A stretch of DNA of 32,649 nt. It comes from Candidatus Angelobacter sp. (lineage in GTDB: Bacteria; Acidobacteriota; Terriglobia; Terriglobales; Acidobacteriaceae). This document shows, one piece after another, positions 1 to 9,177 of the stretch (positions within the stretch are counted from its first letter, which is position 1; each line of letters starts with the position of its first letter). A program made the position numbers and the translations under genes. The notes beneath the pieces were generated by a model. That model was not told the DNA's origin and did not search any database. It worked only from the letters and a program-made list of their open reading frames with translations. The stretch is from positions 1 through 32,649 of the forward strand of contig DATFDA010000139.1 of the NCBI GenBank assembly GCA_035252525.1. Direction: 5' to 3'.

Positions 1-218
1 GTTATAACGGTTGGTCGCTGATCAGGGTGAGCTTTGCTTCCGTTCTGCTCAATGTAATTAATCTTTGCCTGCATGCTGCCCGCCAGGCGATGCGTTCCGC
101 CTGATGCACCCTGTGTAACGGGCGATCCGCTTGCGGCAGCAACTTTGGTATCCTGCCGGTCCAGGTACACGTAAGCACAAACCAGCAGGACCGTAAGAAT
201 GATCCATGAGAATTTCAT
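1..218 (-). CDS. hypothetical small membrane-anchored protein (3' end runs off the window)
   Basis: ATG at 218..216 overlaps the stop of the upstream AsmA-family gene (ATGA, 215..218). My translation is MKFSWIILTVLLVCAYVYLDRQDTKVAAASGSPVTQGASGG..., with an N-terminal hydrophobic helix. The frame stays open to position 1. It is absent from the ORF track because it has no in-window stop. Confidence 0.4.
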   Translation of the reverse strand, partial: MKFSWIILTVLLVCAYVYLDRQDTKVAAASGSPVTQGASGGTHRLAGSMQAKINYIEQNGSKAHPDQRPTVI

Positions 219-2785
219 TGTGTTCTTGCGGCAGTGGCTTCAATGTGAGGCGAAGCGGCAATCAGCGGTTTATCCAGCGCTCCGGTGATCTCCCAGTGCG
301 AGCCGCTGTTGCTCAGCTTTAGCTTTGTCTGCATGTCAACCAGGGACACTGTTCCGCTCATATCATAGATGCGGTTTTCTGCTCTGAATTTGCTTGGCAG
401 CACCCGCAGCATTTGTTTATCAATCTCAAGCGCTCCCTGCAGGCTCTGGAACCGCAGAGGCTTGTCTCCGTCCAGCAGCAGGGAATGCGAGACGCCGTTG
501 TTGATCACATATTCCACGCGCCCATTCACGCTGTCGGCCATCTCCTGCGGAGTCGCGCCTTCAAACTTGAGCGCATAGTTCAAGTCGGCCCGTCCGCTCA
601 CCCACGATGTGGCCAGGGCAACATTCGTCTCTTTGGGATCAAGGTGGTCCATTGCCACGCCGTTCGCGCTTCCTGTCGCAGTGAAGCGCGGCCGCGATGT
701 GCTCCAGTCAGCGTGCCACTCGCCTTGCGCGGTTCCGCCTGCAAGTTTGGCATTGATTCGGCTTACCAGCAGCGCCTTGTCGCCAACCTGGACATGTGCC
801 GTGAATTTTTCCAGCGGCAATTGTGCCACGCTGAACTCTCCCACGGACAAAGTGCCGCTGGCGCGAAAATCCGGCAGCTTGCTGGAATCGGAAAAGAAGG
901 GAATGCTCCAGCCCTTGTCGGTGACGCCGAGCAGTTTGCCCAGATCTGTCATTGTCAGCGAATCTGAATGCAGATCAAACTCCAGAGGGCACGGCGGGGC
1001 GGCGCCAGGACAGTTCCACGGAACATTGACTGTTCCTGCAAAGGAAACCGGCGTATGTTCAAACTGGGCCTTGATGTTTGCCAGCACCAGTTCAATTTCG
1101 CTGAGCTGGGCATCGGCTTCAGTGATCACGAGCCGGTCTTTGATCCCGGGAATCCACGATGCCACATTTTGCAGATGCGCTGTGCCGCGCACGGCTGGCG
1201 GAGCAAAGTTGGCCCATGGTCCGCTGATATTCAGGTCAACTACGGCAGACGCCGTGGTGTTGCCAATATCGCCAGAAAAGCCGCTGGCGTGGCCCAGCGC
1301 GAGCAGCCTTTCCAGCGGAACCATTCCTTTCACACCCAGCCAGTAGCCGGTTCCGTCCGCGGTAGCCTGCACTTGCACTGAAGTTGAAGGTCCCATCTGC
1401 ACCGAGAAAGAATCAAATGTGAGCGTGTCATTAGAGCCATTATGTGGCTGCTGCTGCTGTTTGCCTTTCTTCGCAACCGCAGGAGTTGTGCTCTCGGCCG
1501 GGCCAATATGAAACCTCACCGGTGTTACTGCAAACGGTTTTTCTGCTGTGGCCGACTCCAGCAGGAACGCTGAAGTCATTCCCGTGCCGTGCCAATCCCG
1601 TACGCCATTGCGAGAGTGGAATCCGAAAGCCGCATTCAGGTCGCCTGTCGCCGTCAGGTCATCTGGAAGGGTACGGCGGGCGTGCCGCGCAAAGGTGGTA
1701 AGCATGGAGATCGGGATGCGCGTGGCCACCATGGAAAGGTCGTAATCACGGGGCATTTTAGCCGACCAGCGGGCTGTGAGCAGGACGCCGCCACTGCTCA
1801 GCGGAGTGTCACATTTCATCTCCAACGCTTGATGCTGGTAGTCGCCCAGGCAGCGCGTACTCAGCCTGGGCATTTGGTTGCGATTGATGTCGTAACGCCG
1901 GAAATCCCTCAGCTCCGCCGATGCCACAATGTGGAGATTTGTCACCGTTCCTGAAAGCTGTGCGCTTCCGCTCAGCCCGCCTCTCCAGCCGCGGTCTTTG
2001 CCTATCACCAGAGCGGACAATTGACCGAGTTGGCCCTTATCCCAGGCAACCGCAAGCTTGATTGGCATCTGCGGTAAATCGGGTGACCGCCGCAGATCTC
2101 CCTCCAGCCGAACCGTGCCCGTGTCACTCAAATTCATGTCTGTCCGGACCGGCTGACCCTCCAGCCTCACATGCCACACGTCTTCCGCCGCCAGCCAGAA
2201 CGCGAAATCAGTATTGGTGAATGAAAACGGCTTCTTCTCCGGACCCACCTTAAAGTTAATGCGGCCGCCACTGGCTTCAATGTAGGGAAAACGCGGCCGC
2301 CCTTCCGCCTGCCGCTTTGCCGTAGGAGCAGAAGGCACCTGCTCCACTCGCTTGATCAGCGATTCCAGGTTCCAATGGCCGTTGGAGTAAACCAGGTTCA
2401 GGCTGGGAGCGGCTTGATCATCCGTCAGCTTTAGGTTTGCGATCTCCAGCCGCCCGTGCCACAAAGAGGTAAGCCTCAGGTCAGCCGTCACCTTTCCGCA
2501 CATCAGCAGCGGCTCAGCGCTGAAGGCGGGATCATCCATTACTTTGAGGTCGTATATGTCGAATCCCGGACGGGGAAAAACCCGGTATTTGACTTGCCCA
2601 ATCTTCACCTGCCGGCCCAGAGCGCTGCTCAAGGATCCCGCGAGGCTATCGCGAAAGCGTACACCGTTAATGTTGGGCGGCAGGAAAATTGCCAACGCCA
2701 ACAATGCAACGGCAGCGACGATGAACTTCTTCCGGCTGATGGATTTCTCCTGCCTTAGTGCACCAGGTGCAAGGTTCGACGCCAA
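215..2785 (-). CDS. AsmA-family outer-membrane biogenesis protein
   Basis: 856-aa ORF with a single N-terminal TM (KKFIVAAVALLALAIFLPP). This is followed by an AsmA-like N-terminal region (RFRDSLAGSLSSALGRQVKIGQVKYRVFPRPGFDIYDLKV...LEIANLKL) and a long beta-rich body. The listed start is TTG at 2785, which overlaps lepB by 31 nt; the true start is uncertain (see finding). Confidence 0.75.
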   Translation of the reverse strand: MASNLAPGALRQEKSISRKKFIVAAVALLALAIFLPPNINGVRFRDSLAGSLSSALGRQVKIGQVKYRVFPRPGFDIYDLKVMDDPAFSAEPLLMCGKVTADLRLTSLWHGRLEIANLKLTDDQAAPSLNLVYSNGHWNLESLIKRVEQVPSAPTAKRQAEGRPRFPYIEASGGRINFKVGPEKKPFSFTNTDFAFWLAAEDVWHVRLEGQPVRTDMNLSDTGTVRLEGDLRRSPDLPQMPIKLAVAWDKGQLGQLSALVIGKDRGWRGGLSGSAQLSGTVTNLHIVASAELRDFRRYDINRNQMPRLSTRCLGDYQHQALEMKCDTPLSSGGVLLTARWSAKMPRDYDLSMVATRIPISMLTTFARHARRTLPDDLTATGDLNAAFGFHSRNGVRDWHGTGMTSAFLLESATAEKPFAVTPVRFHIGPAESTTPAVAKKGKQQQQPHNGSNDTLTFDSFSVQMGPSTSVQVQATADGTGYWLGVKGMVPLERLLALGHASGFSGDIGNTTASAVVDLNISGPWANFAPPAVRGTAHLQNVASWIPGIKDRLVITEADAQLSEIELVLANIKAQFEHTPVSFAGTVNVPWNCPGAAPPCPLEFDLHSDSLTMTDLGKLLGVTDKGWSIPFFSDSSKLPDFRASGTLSVGEFSVAQLPLEKFTAHVQVGDKALLVSRINAKLAGGTAQGEWHADWSTSRPRFTATGSANGVAMDHLDPKETNVALATSWVSGRADLNYALKFEGATPQEMADSVNGRVEYVINNGVSHSLLLDGDKPLRFQSLQGALEIDKQMLRVLPSKFRAENRIYDMSGTVSLVDMQTKLKLSNSGSHWEITGALDKPLIAASPHIEATAARTQ

Positions 2786-3525
2786 CGCGTCATGCCGATA
2801 AAGTGTGTGGCCGTATAAATGAAAGATCCAATGCGCTGTGGAATCGTTCGCGGCTCAAAATCTTCTGCGGTTTGATTCAAAGACCACGCAATAAACAACG
2901 GGCCACCCATGATGTTTTCCTTGGGAACGAATCCCCAAAAGCGGCTGTCATAGCTTACGTCGCGATTGTCTCCCATGGCGAAGTAATGTCCCGCTGGAAC
3001 AACAATGTCCGGGCCGTCGCGATACTTGTGCATGCTCTGCGCCCATTCCGGAGTAGCTCTGCCATAAGGGCTGGCTGACGGGAAATCATCACGATACTCA
3101 TCCGGCGCATGGTATGGGCTGTTCACGTCGTAATAAACATACGGTTCCTTCTGCTCCACGCCGTTGAGAAAGACGTTGCGGTCCACCAGGTGAATATGAT
3201 CGCCGGGAACGCCGACGATCCGCTTGACCAGGTACAGCCCAGGTTCCGCAGGTGATACAAAAACAGCGATATCGCCGCGATGGATGTTGCGGTATGGCAT
3301 CAGCGGACCCGGGAACCCTTTTCCGGTTGGAGTAAGCCGGTCAACAAAGACGTGATCACCAATTAAGAGCGTCCGCTCCATGGACGATGAAGGTATCTCA
3401 AAATGCTGAATGATGAATGTAATAATGAAGAGACCGGAGACAAAGACCGCAGCGAATCCGGCAATGGATTCGGCCAGCGTCTCCTTCTGTTTTTCCTGTT
3501 TCGAACTCTTGGTCTGGTCCGTCAA
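2755..3525 (-). CDS. lepB: signal peptidase I (copy 1 of 3)
   Basis: Carries the Ser box IPSSSMERTLL, the Lys box VKRIVGVPGD, GDNRDVSYDSRFWGFVP, and an N-terminal TM (FAAVFVSGLFIITFII). The track ORF extends to 3777 but would overlap copy 2 by 227 nt. Alignment with copy 2 (KETLAESIAG vs KETLPESIAS) and an AGGA 8 nt upstream favour TTG at 3525..3523. Confidence 0.85.
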   Translation of the reverse strand: MTDQTKSSKQEKQKETLAESIAGFAAVFVSGLFIITFIIQHFEIPSSSMERTLLIGDHVFVDRLTPTGKGFPGPLMPYRNIHRGDIAVFVSPAEPGLYLVKRIVGVPGDHIHLVDRNVFLNGVEQKEPYVYYDVNSPYHAPDEYRDDFPSASPYGRATPEWAQSMHKYRDGPDIVVPAGHYFAMGDNRDVSYDSRFWGFVPKENIMGGPLFIAWSLNQTAEDFEPRTIPQRIGSFIYTATHFIGMTRWRRTLHLVH

Positions 3526-3550
3526 TTCTGCTGTCCTGAATGAAAAAGTA

Positions 3551-4339
3551 TCAATGCACCATGTGGAACATCCGGTTCCAGCGGGTTTCAGTAAAGAAAT
3601 GCGTGATGATGTGGAGAATGAATCCTGCTCGATCAGATAATGAAGTGTGCTGGTACTCGTCAGAGGGAGTCTCGAAAGACCAGTAAATGAACAGGGGTCT
3701 TCCAATGATGTTTGCCTGCGGTATAAATCCCCAGAAGCGGCTGTCCAGGCTGTTTGCCCGGTTGTCTCCCATTCCAAAATAGCTGTCCTTGGGGACCACT
3801 AATTCTCCATTTTGAATGTTGCTGCGCAAGATCATGGGCCATTCAGAAGCCACTCCAGGAACTCCGGCCGCTGGATATTTGGGAAAGTCATCACGGTAGG
3901 CCATGTAGAAACCATGGTCCGGATTCAGGTACGGTTCGTTCTGCGCCTGCCCGTTCACGAACAGCTTCCCACTTTCCAAGTGAATCCTATCTCCCGGTAC
4001 AGCAACAATCCGTTTAACCACATACATTCCTGGCTCGGTTGGATGAAGAAAGACAATTACCTCACCCCGGTGCGGCGAGTGATAAGGCATTAGCGGCCCA
4101 ACATATCCCGCTTGGGGAGCGGGCGTAAGACGGTCAACAAACACGTGGTCGCCTATCAGCAACGTGTCTTCCATGGAGCCTGAAGGTATTTCGAACGCCT
4201 GCACAACAAAAGTGATAATGAAAAGCCCGGCCACAAAAACAGACGCGATGCTTGCGATTGATTCTGGCAGCGTTTCTTTGTGCTTTTCCGGTGTTTTTTG
4301 TTTCCTGGCTTTAGCTTGCAAACGGGCTTCCCTGGTCAA
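3551..4339 (-). CDS. lepB: signal peptidase I (copy 2 of 3)
   Basis: 262 aa with IPSGSMEDTLL, VKRIVAVPGD, GDNRANSLDSRFWGFIP and an N-terminal TM (IASVFVAGLFIITFVV). Confidence 0.9.
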   Translation of the reverse strand: MTREARLQAKARKQKTPEKHKETLPESIASIASVFVAGLFIITFVVQAFEIPSGSMEDTLLIGDHVFVDRLTPAPQAGYVGPLMPYHSPHRGEVIVFLHPTEPGMYVVKRIVAVPGDRIHLESGKLFVNGQAQNEPYLNPDHGFYMAYRDDFPKYPAAGVPGVASEWPMILRSNIQNGELVVPKDSYFGMGDNRANSLDSRFWGFIPQANIIGRPLFIYWSFETPSDEYQHTSLSDRAGFILHIITHFFTETRWNRMFHMVH

Positions 4340-4348
4340 GAGTTTGAC

Positions 4349-5215
4349 TCACAGTACGCGATGGAAGATGCGGTCCCACCGGGCCAACTGAAGAAAATGG
4401 GCCAGCAGTTGTCCTGAATCAAACAGTTTACCATTGGAGCCGTGTCCGGCCCCGGAAGCGTTGCCATCATTGATGGAGAGATAGATTACCAGCGGGCGAC
4501 CCATGATATTGCCCCGAGGGACAAAGCCCCAGTAGCGGCTGTCCAAGCTCTGATCACGATTGTCGCCCATCACAAAATACTCGCCCCTGGGTACCACCAG
4601 CTCACCATGGTCCATATAGCGGCCCATTTCGCGAATCCAGCGCCGGTTCACATCCAGAGGCAGGCGTTCACGCAGGGGAAAATTGTCGCGATACACCTCA
4701 AAATTCGGCATGGAGTGGATGGCGTAACTTTCATCCAGGCGCACGCCATTGACGAACACGGCCTTGTTTTGCAGGTGAATCCTGTCCCCCGGCAACCCGA
4801 TTACCCGTTTGACAAAATACTGCGTAGGGTCCACAGGATAGTGAAACACCACCACGTCTCCGCGTTGGATGGGACGATAGGGAAGTAGCCAGTGCCAGAT
4901 GCCGCCGCCGTCGGCAAAGTGCATCTTGTCCGCCAGAAGAAAATCGCCGATCAGCAGCGTATTTTCCATGGATTCTGAAGGGACGCGAAATGCCTGGATG
5001 ACGAAAGTGATCATGAACACCACAATCACCAGCACTGAAATTGCAAATTGAATTCCCTGCGGGCCGTGTGCAGGAGGAAATTCCTGAACCGGTGTTGTCT
5101 GTGGCGTTTCCAGGGTAGGCGTGGGTTCAGTGGCGGCCTGCTCCATCAAATTGTCCGATTCAATCGCGGGCTGTGGAGCAGCGGCCTGTTCGTGGCCTTG
5201 GAGATTGTCGTTCAT
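4349..5215 (-). CDS. lepB: signal peptidase I (copy 3 of 3, longer N-terminal tail)
   Basis: 288 aa with VPSESMENTLL, VKRVIGLPGD, GDNRDQSLDSRYWGFVP and a TM (FAISVLVIVVFMITFVI). The ATG at 5215..5213 overlaps the rnc stop (ATGA). Confidence 0.9.
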   Translation of the reverse strand: MNDNLQGHEQAAAPQPAIESDNLMEQAATEPTPTLETPQTTPVQEFPPAHGPQGIQFAISVLVIVVFMITFVIQAFRVPSESMENTLLIGDFLLADKMHFADGGGIWHWLLPYRPIQRGDVVVFHYPVDPTQYFVKRVIGLPGDRIHLQNKAVFVNGVRLDESYAIHSMPNFEVYRDNFPLRERLPLDVNRRWIREMGRYMDHGELVVPRGEYFVMGDNRDQSLDSRYWGFVPRGNIMGRPLVIYLSINDGNASGAGHGSNGKLFDSGQLLAHFLQLARWDRIFHRVL

Positions 5216-5973
5216 ACCGGCTCCACCGTCTGTCCGCGCAGATACTCCAGTGCCTGCTTGGCCGCGAGCTGCTCCGCTTTTTTCTTAGTCGCGCCTTCAG
5301 CCCGCGATACGTATTCCGGTTTAGGATGGCCCTGGGAATAGATCCGTGCTTCCACCGTGAACGTTTTACGATGGTCCGGCCCCTCTTCCTTTACTGTGGC
5401 ATAGACCGGCTGCAATCGTCCCGAGGACTGCAACAATTCCTGAAGCGCTGATTTGTAATCCGCCAGGCTGAATTCATTCGAGCTTTCCGTGCTTACGCGG
5501 TCCAACTCCGGTAAGAGAATCTCGTCGATGATGAAGGACCTCGTCTTGTCCATTCCTGCGTCCAGGTACATGGCTGCAATCACCGCTTCCAGCGCGTCAG
5601 AAAGGAGAGTGGATTTTGTGCGGCCTCCGCTGCGTTCTTCTCCGCGGCCCAGGCGGAGATACTTCCCGAGTTGCAGGCGGCTGGCCACACTTACCAGATG
5701 TCCGGCGCTCACAAGATGAGCTTTTAATTTTGAGAGCTGGCCTTCATGAAAGCCGGGAAAGCGCTCAAACAGCAACTGGCTCGTGACCATTCCAAGTACC
5801 GCGTCGCCCAGAAATTCAAACTGCTCGTTATCGCGGACTTCCACGCCGGTTTCCGCCGCGCCTTTGGACTCCTCGTGCGCATGCGAGCTGTGAGTCAGAG
5901 CCCGCTGTAACAGCTCCGGACGGCTGAACTGGTGCCCCAATACGTTTTGCAAATCGGCGAGATCGGGATTCAT
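5212..5973 (-). CDS. rnc: ribonuclease III
   Basis: Carries the RNase III signature (ALTHSSHA...NEQFEFLGDAVLG) and a C-terminal dsRBD (DYKSALQELLQ...GPDHRKTF...GATKKKAEQLAAKQAL). The track starts at GTG 5979. ATG at 5973 gives MNPDLADLQNVLGHQF, a typical RNase III N-terminus. Confidence 0.92.
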   Translation of the reverse strand: MNPDLADLQNVLGHQFSRPELLQRALTHSSHAHEESKGAAETGVEVRDNEQFEFLGDAVLGMVTSQLLFERFPGFHEGQLSKLKAHLVSAGHLVSVASRLQLGKYLRLGRGEERSGGRTKSTLLSDALEAVIAAMYLDAGMDKTRSFIIDEILLPELDRVSTESSNEFSLADYKSALQELLQSSGRLQPVYATVKEEGPDHRKTFTVEARIYSQGHPKPEYVSRAEGATKKKAEQLAAKQALEYLRGQTVEPV

Positions 5974-5978
5974 ATCCA

Positions 5979-6839
5979 CTACTGCGGAGGTTCGGCTCCT
6001 GTTTCATCCACCGAACGCCGGCCGCGGCCCGCCAGACCGGAAAGACGGTCAAATTCGATTTCGGCAAGCCGCTGCAATTGCGGGTGGGAACTCGCAAGCT
6101 GTAGCGCCTGCTGCACCGAACTTAGAGCTGCTGCATATTTTTTTCGATGGTCCTGGGCCAGGGCCAGGTGGTACCAGATATAAGGATCAGGTGTAATTTG
6201 CTTGAGGACAGCCGCACGGGTAAGGTCTCGTTCGGCCGATGCGTCATCCCCGGTCTTTAAAGCCATCAATCCCAGGGCAGAGTACGCCATGGACTGCAAC
6301 GTTGTGCGGTAAACAGCCGCTTGCTGGGGTGAGGCCGCCGCGGGCGGAACAAAGCCGCTTCCTACGCTGTCAATCGCGTGATTTGCGGCTTGTCGGATCT
6401 CATCCATTTTTTTTGCCTTGTCAGCGTCGTTGGCTCCCAGACCGTCAGCCAGCACTGTGGCGGTTAGCACAAGGGCCACAGCGTGGTGGGGATTCAGTGC
6501 CAGGACCTTCTGCGCCATGGCGAGCGTGCCGGCAGGATTGTTTTCCAGTTCATAGGCCCGCATGGCCTTTGAGTAGAGATACTGGCGCAATTCGCTGTCA
6601 GGGTACTTCGCTGCAAAATTGTTTGCTGCCATCTCCCCCGCATTAGCGCCAGCGATTGCATAGGCAGCGTTGAAATCCTCGCGCTCCTGCTGGCTTTTAG
6701 CGGGTGGATGCAGCGCTGCCCGTTCCGGGGGCGTCACGCCTCTGCCATCGCCAGCCTGCGCTTCGATCCGTCCCGGCGCGAACGCCAGAATGATGGCAGC
6801 GAACAGAAAAAGCGCCGGTATTGTGAGGCATGGTTTCAT
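5979..6839 (-). CDS. secreted TPR-like repeat protein (paralogue A)
   Basis: 286 aa with a signal peptide (MKPCLTIPALFLFAAIILAFAPGRIEAQA) and a helical-repeat body. It shares long blocks with 6906..7745 (FAAKYPDSELRQYLYSKAM, KVLALNP..ALVLTATVL, PDPYIWYHLALAQDH). Confidence 0.75.
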   Translation of the reverse strand: MKPCLTIPALFLFAAIILAFAPGRIEAQAGDGRGVTPPERAALHPPAKSQQEREDFNAAYAIAGANAGEMAANNFAAKYPDSELRQYLYSKAMRAYELENNPAGTLAMAQKVLALNPHHAVALVLTATVLADGLGANDADKAKKMDEIRQAANHAIDSVGSGFVPPAAASPQQAAVYRTTLQSMAYSALGLMALKTGDDASAERDLTRAAVLKQITPDPYIWYHLALAQDHRKKYAAALSSVQQALQLASSHPQLQRLAEIEFDRLSGLAGRGRRSVDETGAEPPQ

Positions 6840-6905
6840 CAGGAATTAAGTAACTTGCTGTGCAGCGTGACGCCTAGGCTGCGGATGTGCTTCTTCCAAA
6901 ATACT

Positions 6906-7745
6906 TCATTTATGCGGAGACTGTGAACTATTTGGCTGTGCCGCCTGAGTACCAGTCAGTTTCATCAGCCTGTCACGTTCGCCTTGGGCCAGCTTGTCCA
7001 GATCAGGATTTGAACCGGTATAACGAAGCGCCTGGTTCACAGATGCCAGCGCTGCCGCATATTTACTCTGGTGGTCCTGGGACAACGCCAGGTGGTACCA
7101 GATATATGGATCAGGCTGGGTCTTGTTCAGATCAGCCGCGGACTGCAACTCCTTTTCTGCGCTGCTGTCATCGCCCGTCTTTAAATCCATGATTCCGATC
7201 GCGGAATGCGCCATGGAAAGCAACGTGCTTTTATAGGCGGTCACTTGTTCGGGAGTTGCGCTGACAGGAGGTGTGAATGAGCTATCCACGCTCTCCAGAG
7301 CCCGGCTGGCATTTTTCTTGATTTCAGCTATCTTTTGCTGCCGGTCCGGATCGGAATCGCTCAGACTGTCAGAGAGCACCGTCGCAGTCAGAACCAGAGC
7401 GATTGGATTATCGGGATCGAGCGCAAGCACCTTTTCGCCCATCGTCAGCATTTTGTCTGGCTGGTTCTCATTCTGGTATTCGTGCATCGCCTTAGAGTAA
7501 AGATAGGCGGTTAACTCACTCTGCGGGTACCTGGCAGCGAAGTCATTGGCGGCTTTCTCCATGGCAGCGCCGCCGGTTATCGCGTATGCAGTGTTGTAAT
7601 CTTTGTATTCCGCTTGCGATTTTGCCTGTGGCGGCCGTTTGACGGCGGGTTTCTGCTGTGCATGCGTTGTGGGTGACTGCTGAAGAGACCAGCCCACAAC
7701 AGCCAATGCGCAAACCATGAACAGTGATGTACCCAGTTTCTTCAT
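6906..7745 (-). CDS. secreted TPR-like repeat protein (paralogue B)
   Basis: 279 aa with a signal peptide (MKKLGTSLFMVCALAVVGWSLQ). It is a paralogue of 5979..6839 and even shares a 20-nt DNA string, gccaggtggtaccagatata, near 6165..6184 and 7088..7107. Confidence 0.75.
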   Translation of the reverse strand: MKKLGTSLFMVCALAVVGWSLQQSPTTHAQQKPAVKRPPQAKSQAEYKDYNTAYAITGGAAMEKAANDFAARYPQSELTAYLYSKAMHEYQNENQPDKMLTMGEKVLALDPDNPIALVLTATVLSDSLSDSDPDRQQKIAEIKKNASRALESVDSSFTPPVSATPEQVTAYKSTLLSMAHSAIGIMDLKTGDDSSAEKELQSAADLNKTQPDPYIWYHLALSQDHQSKYAAALASVNQALRYTGSNPDLDKLAQGERDRLMKLTGTQAAQPNSSQSPHK

Positions 7746-7752
7746 TCAATTC

Positions 7753-9177
7753 CTATTGCTGCTTTGGCCTGGCAGCAGGCTGGTAAGGAGCTTCAATGCC
7801 TTTTTCGGCTGCGGCGCGGGTATCAGCCGCGGGATCGCCTGCCGCCAGCGCGGCGCGGTAATGCTGCAAGGCAGCGTCGCGGTTTTCCTGGAGGTCGTTG
7901 ATCCTCCCCAGATATATGTGGCTCCAGGCCAGGGTTCGCGGATCACGCGCTGACTGCACCGCCTGTTCAAAGTCAAAACGGGCCTCATCCATTTTGCCGT
8001 CCAGCGTGGCAATCCGCGCCAGCAGAAAGACGGCGCGTCCTGGTTCATCACCGCCGTGGTTGTGCTGCAACACCTGGCTGGCAAGTTTCTGGGCCCCTTC
8101 CTTGTCACCCGAGGCGAATTTCTGCTCTGCTTCGTTGAGCAGGCTGGCCTGGACAATGGCCTTTGCCGGGCTGATGACCTCCGGGTCCGCTTCGGCGGCG
8201 AACGTTACTTCGCGCGCGCGCTTGCGCTCGTGGTCCAGGTCAAGGCTGTGCAACAGGTCGCCGTAAACCGTCCTCATGCCGCCTGAGCCCTTTTCAAAGT
8301 TGGCCAGCGCGTCATAAAAATACTGCGTCAGCACAAAGCCCTGCTCCACCGAGTGTTCTACAAAGGCCTCCCGAGCGCGCTCATTGCTTTTGGGAATCGT
8401 TAGTCTGGCCTCAATGGCCCGGATCAGGCACTCGTTTACCATCAATGCAATGTCCTGCTTGAAGGAGCGAGAAAGCGGCGCGCTGCGTATATCCAGCAGA
8501 ATCGGTTCCAACCTTTTCAAACTGGTTCCGTGGGAAGCCGCCAGAGGATCGAGCACAAAGTGAAGATAGGTGTGGCGGATCTCGTTGCTGGGAATCTTGC
8601 CCTGCTTGTCCGGTGAATACACAACGTAATAGTCGTTGCCGTAATTGCGCGCCTCCACCAGCGCGGGCGAAAGCTGAGGCTCCAGAAACACTGCGAACCT
8701 CTGGCCGGGATAGGTGGAGAACGGCAGTTTCAAAAATACGTCAGTCTGGTTGATCAACGCCGAGACGGGATCGTGCAGCTCCTTGACCAGAGTTTCATAG
8801 CTGCCCTGGTGCTTCTGCCAAAGCTTGTGTATCTGAGCCGCCTGATAGTAGTTCTTGAGCAGTGGAATCACGCCCAGCACGTAGGACGCGTCGGGAGGCA
8901 TATCGCCTTCCGGAATCTCAGTGGTAAAAGCAGGAGGCTCACTCAGTTCCAGGGCCAGGGAGACGTACTGTGAAATACCGTTCGTGCCATTGGCCGGCTG
9001 ATGCTCATTCCAGAATTGGCAGATGGCATCACGTGAACGCGCAGCTTCCGGCGACTTCTGCGTCACCGCCAGAAGATCAGCCTTTACTGCCTGGCGAAGC
9101 TCCAGTGAGTCTGCTAACCCGGAATCATACCCGCAACTATTCAGCGCTGAAAACAAAGTGAAGAATGATTCGCTCAC
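7753..9177 (-). CDS. hypothetical protein with C-terminal TPR repeats (probably secreted; real start likely upstream near 9276)
   Basis: 474-aa ORF from GTG 9177. The C-terminus has TPR-like repeats (GDKEGAQKLASQVL, MDEARFDFEQAV, RDAALQHYRAALAAGD). The frame stays open upstream and encodes a signal peptide (see finding). Confidence 0.7.
   Translation of the reverse strand: MSESFFTLFSALNSCGYDSGLADSLELRQAVKADLLAVTQKSPEAARSRDAICQFWNEHQPANGTNGISQYVSLALELSEPPAFTTEIPEGDMPPDASYVLGVIPLLKNYYQAAQIHKLWQKHQGSYETLVKELHDPVSALINQTDVFLKLPFSTYPGQRFAVFLEPQLSPALVEARNYGNDYYVVYSPDKQGKIPSNEIRHTYLHFVLDPLAASHGTSLKRLEPILLDIRSAPLSRSFKQDIALMVNECLIRAIEARLTIPKSNERAREAFVEHSVEQGFVLTQYFYDALANFEKGSGGMRTVYGDLLHSLDLDHERKRAREVTFAAEADPEVISPAKAIVQASLLNEAEQKFASGDKEGAQKLASQVLQHNHGGDEPGRAVFLLARIATLDGKMDEARFDFEQAVQSARDPRTLAWSHIYLGRINDLQENRDAALQHYRAALAAGDPAADTRAAAEKGIEAPYQPAARPKQQ

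Noticed and set aside
413-1381. Several 137-245-aa plus-strand ORFs (413..967, 609..1346, 968..1381)
   Set aside because: All are antisense to the 856-aa AsmA-family ORF. They overlap each other in different frames and have no motifs.
3526-3777. N-terminal extension of lepB copy 1 (track ORF starts at 3777)
   Set aside because: It would overlap lepB copy 2 by 227 nt. The extension (MEWETTGQTAWTAASGDLYRRQ...) has no counterpart in the paralogues, and homology begins right after TTG 3525.
8560-8574. HTYLH string in the 474-aa TPR protein as a zinc-protease HExxH motif (BepA-like idea)
   Set aside because: The catalytic Glu is replaced by Thr, and I recognise no surrounding M48/MA-clan context. 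It is too weak to call a peptidase.
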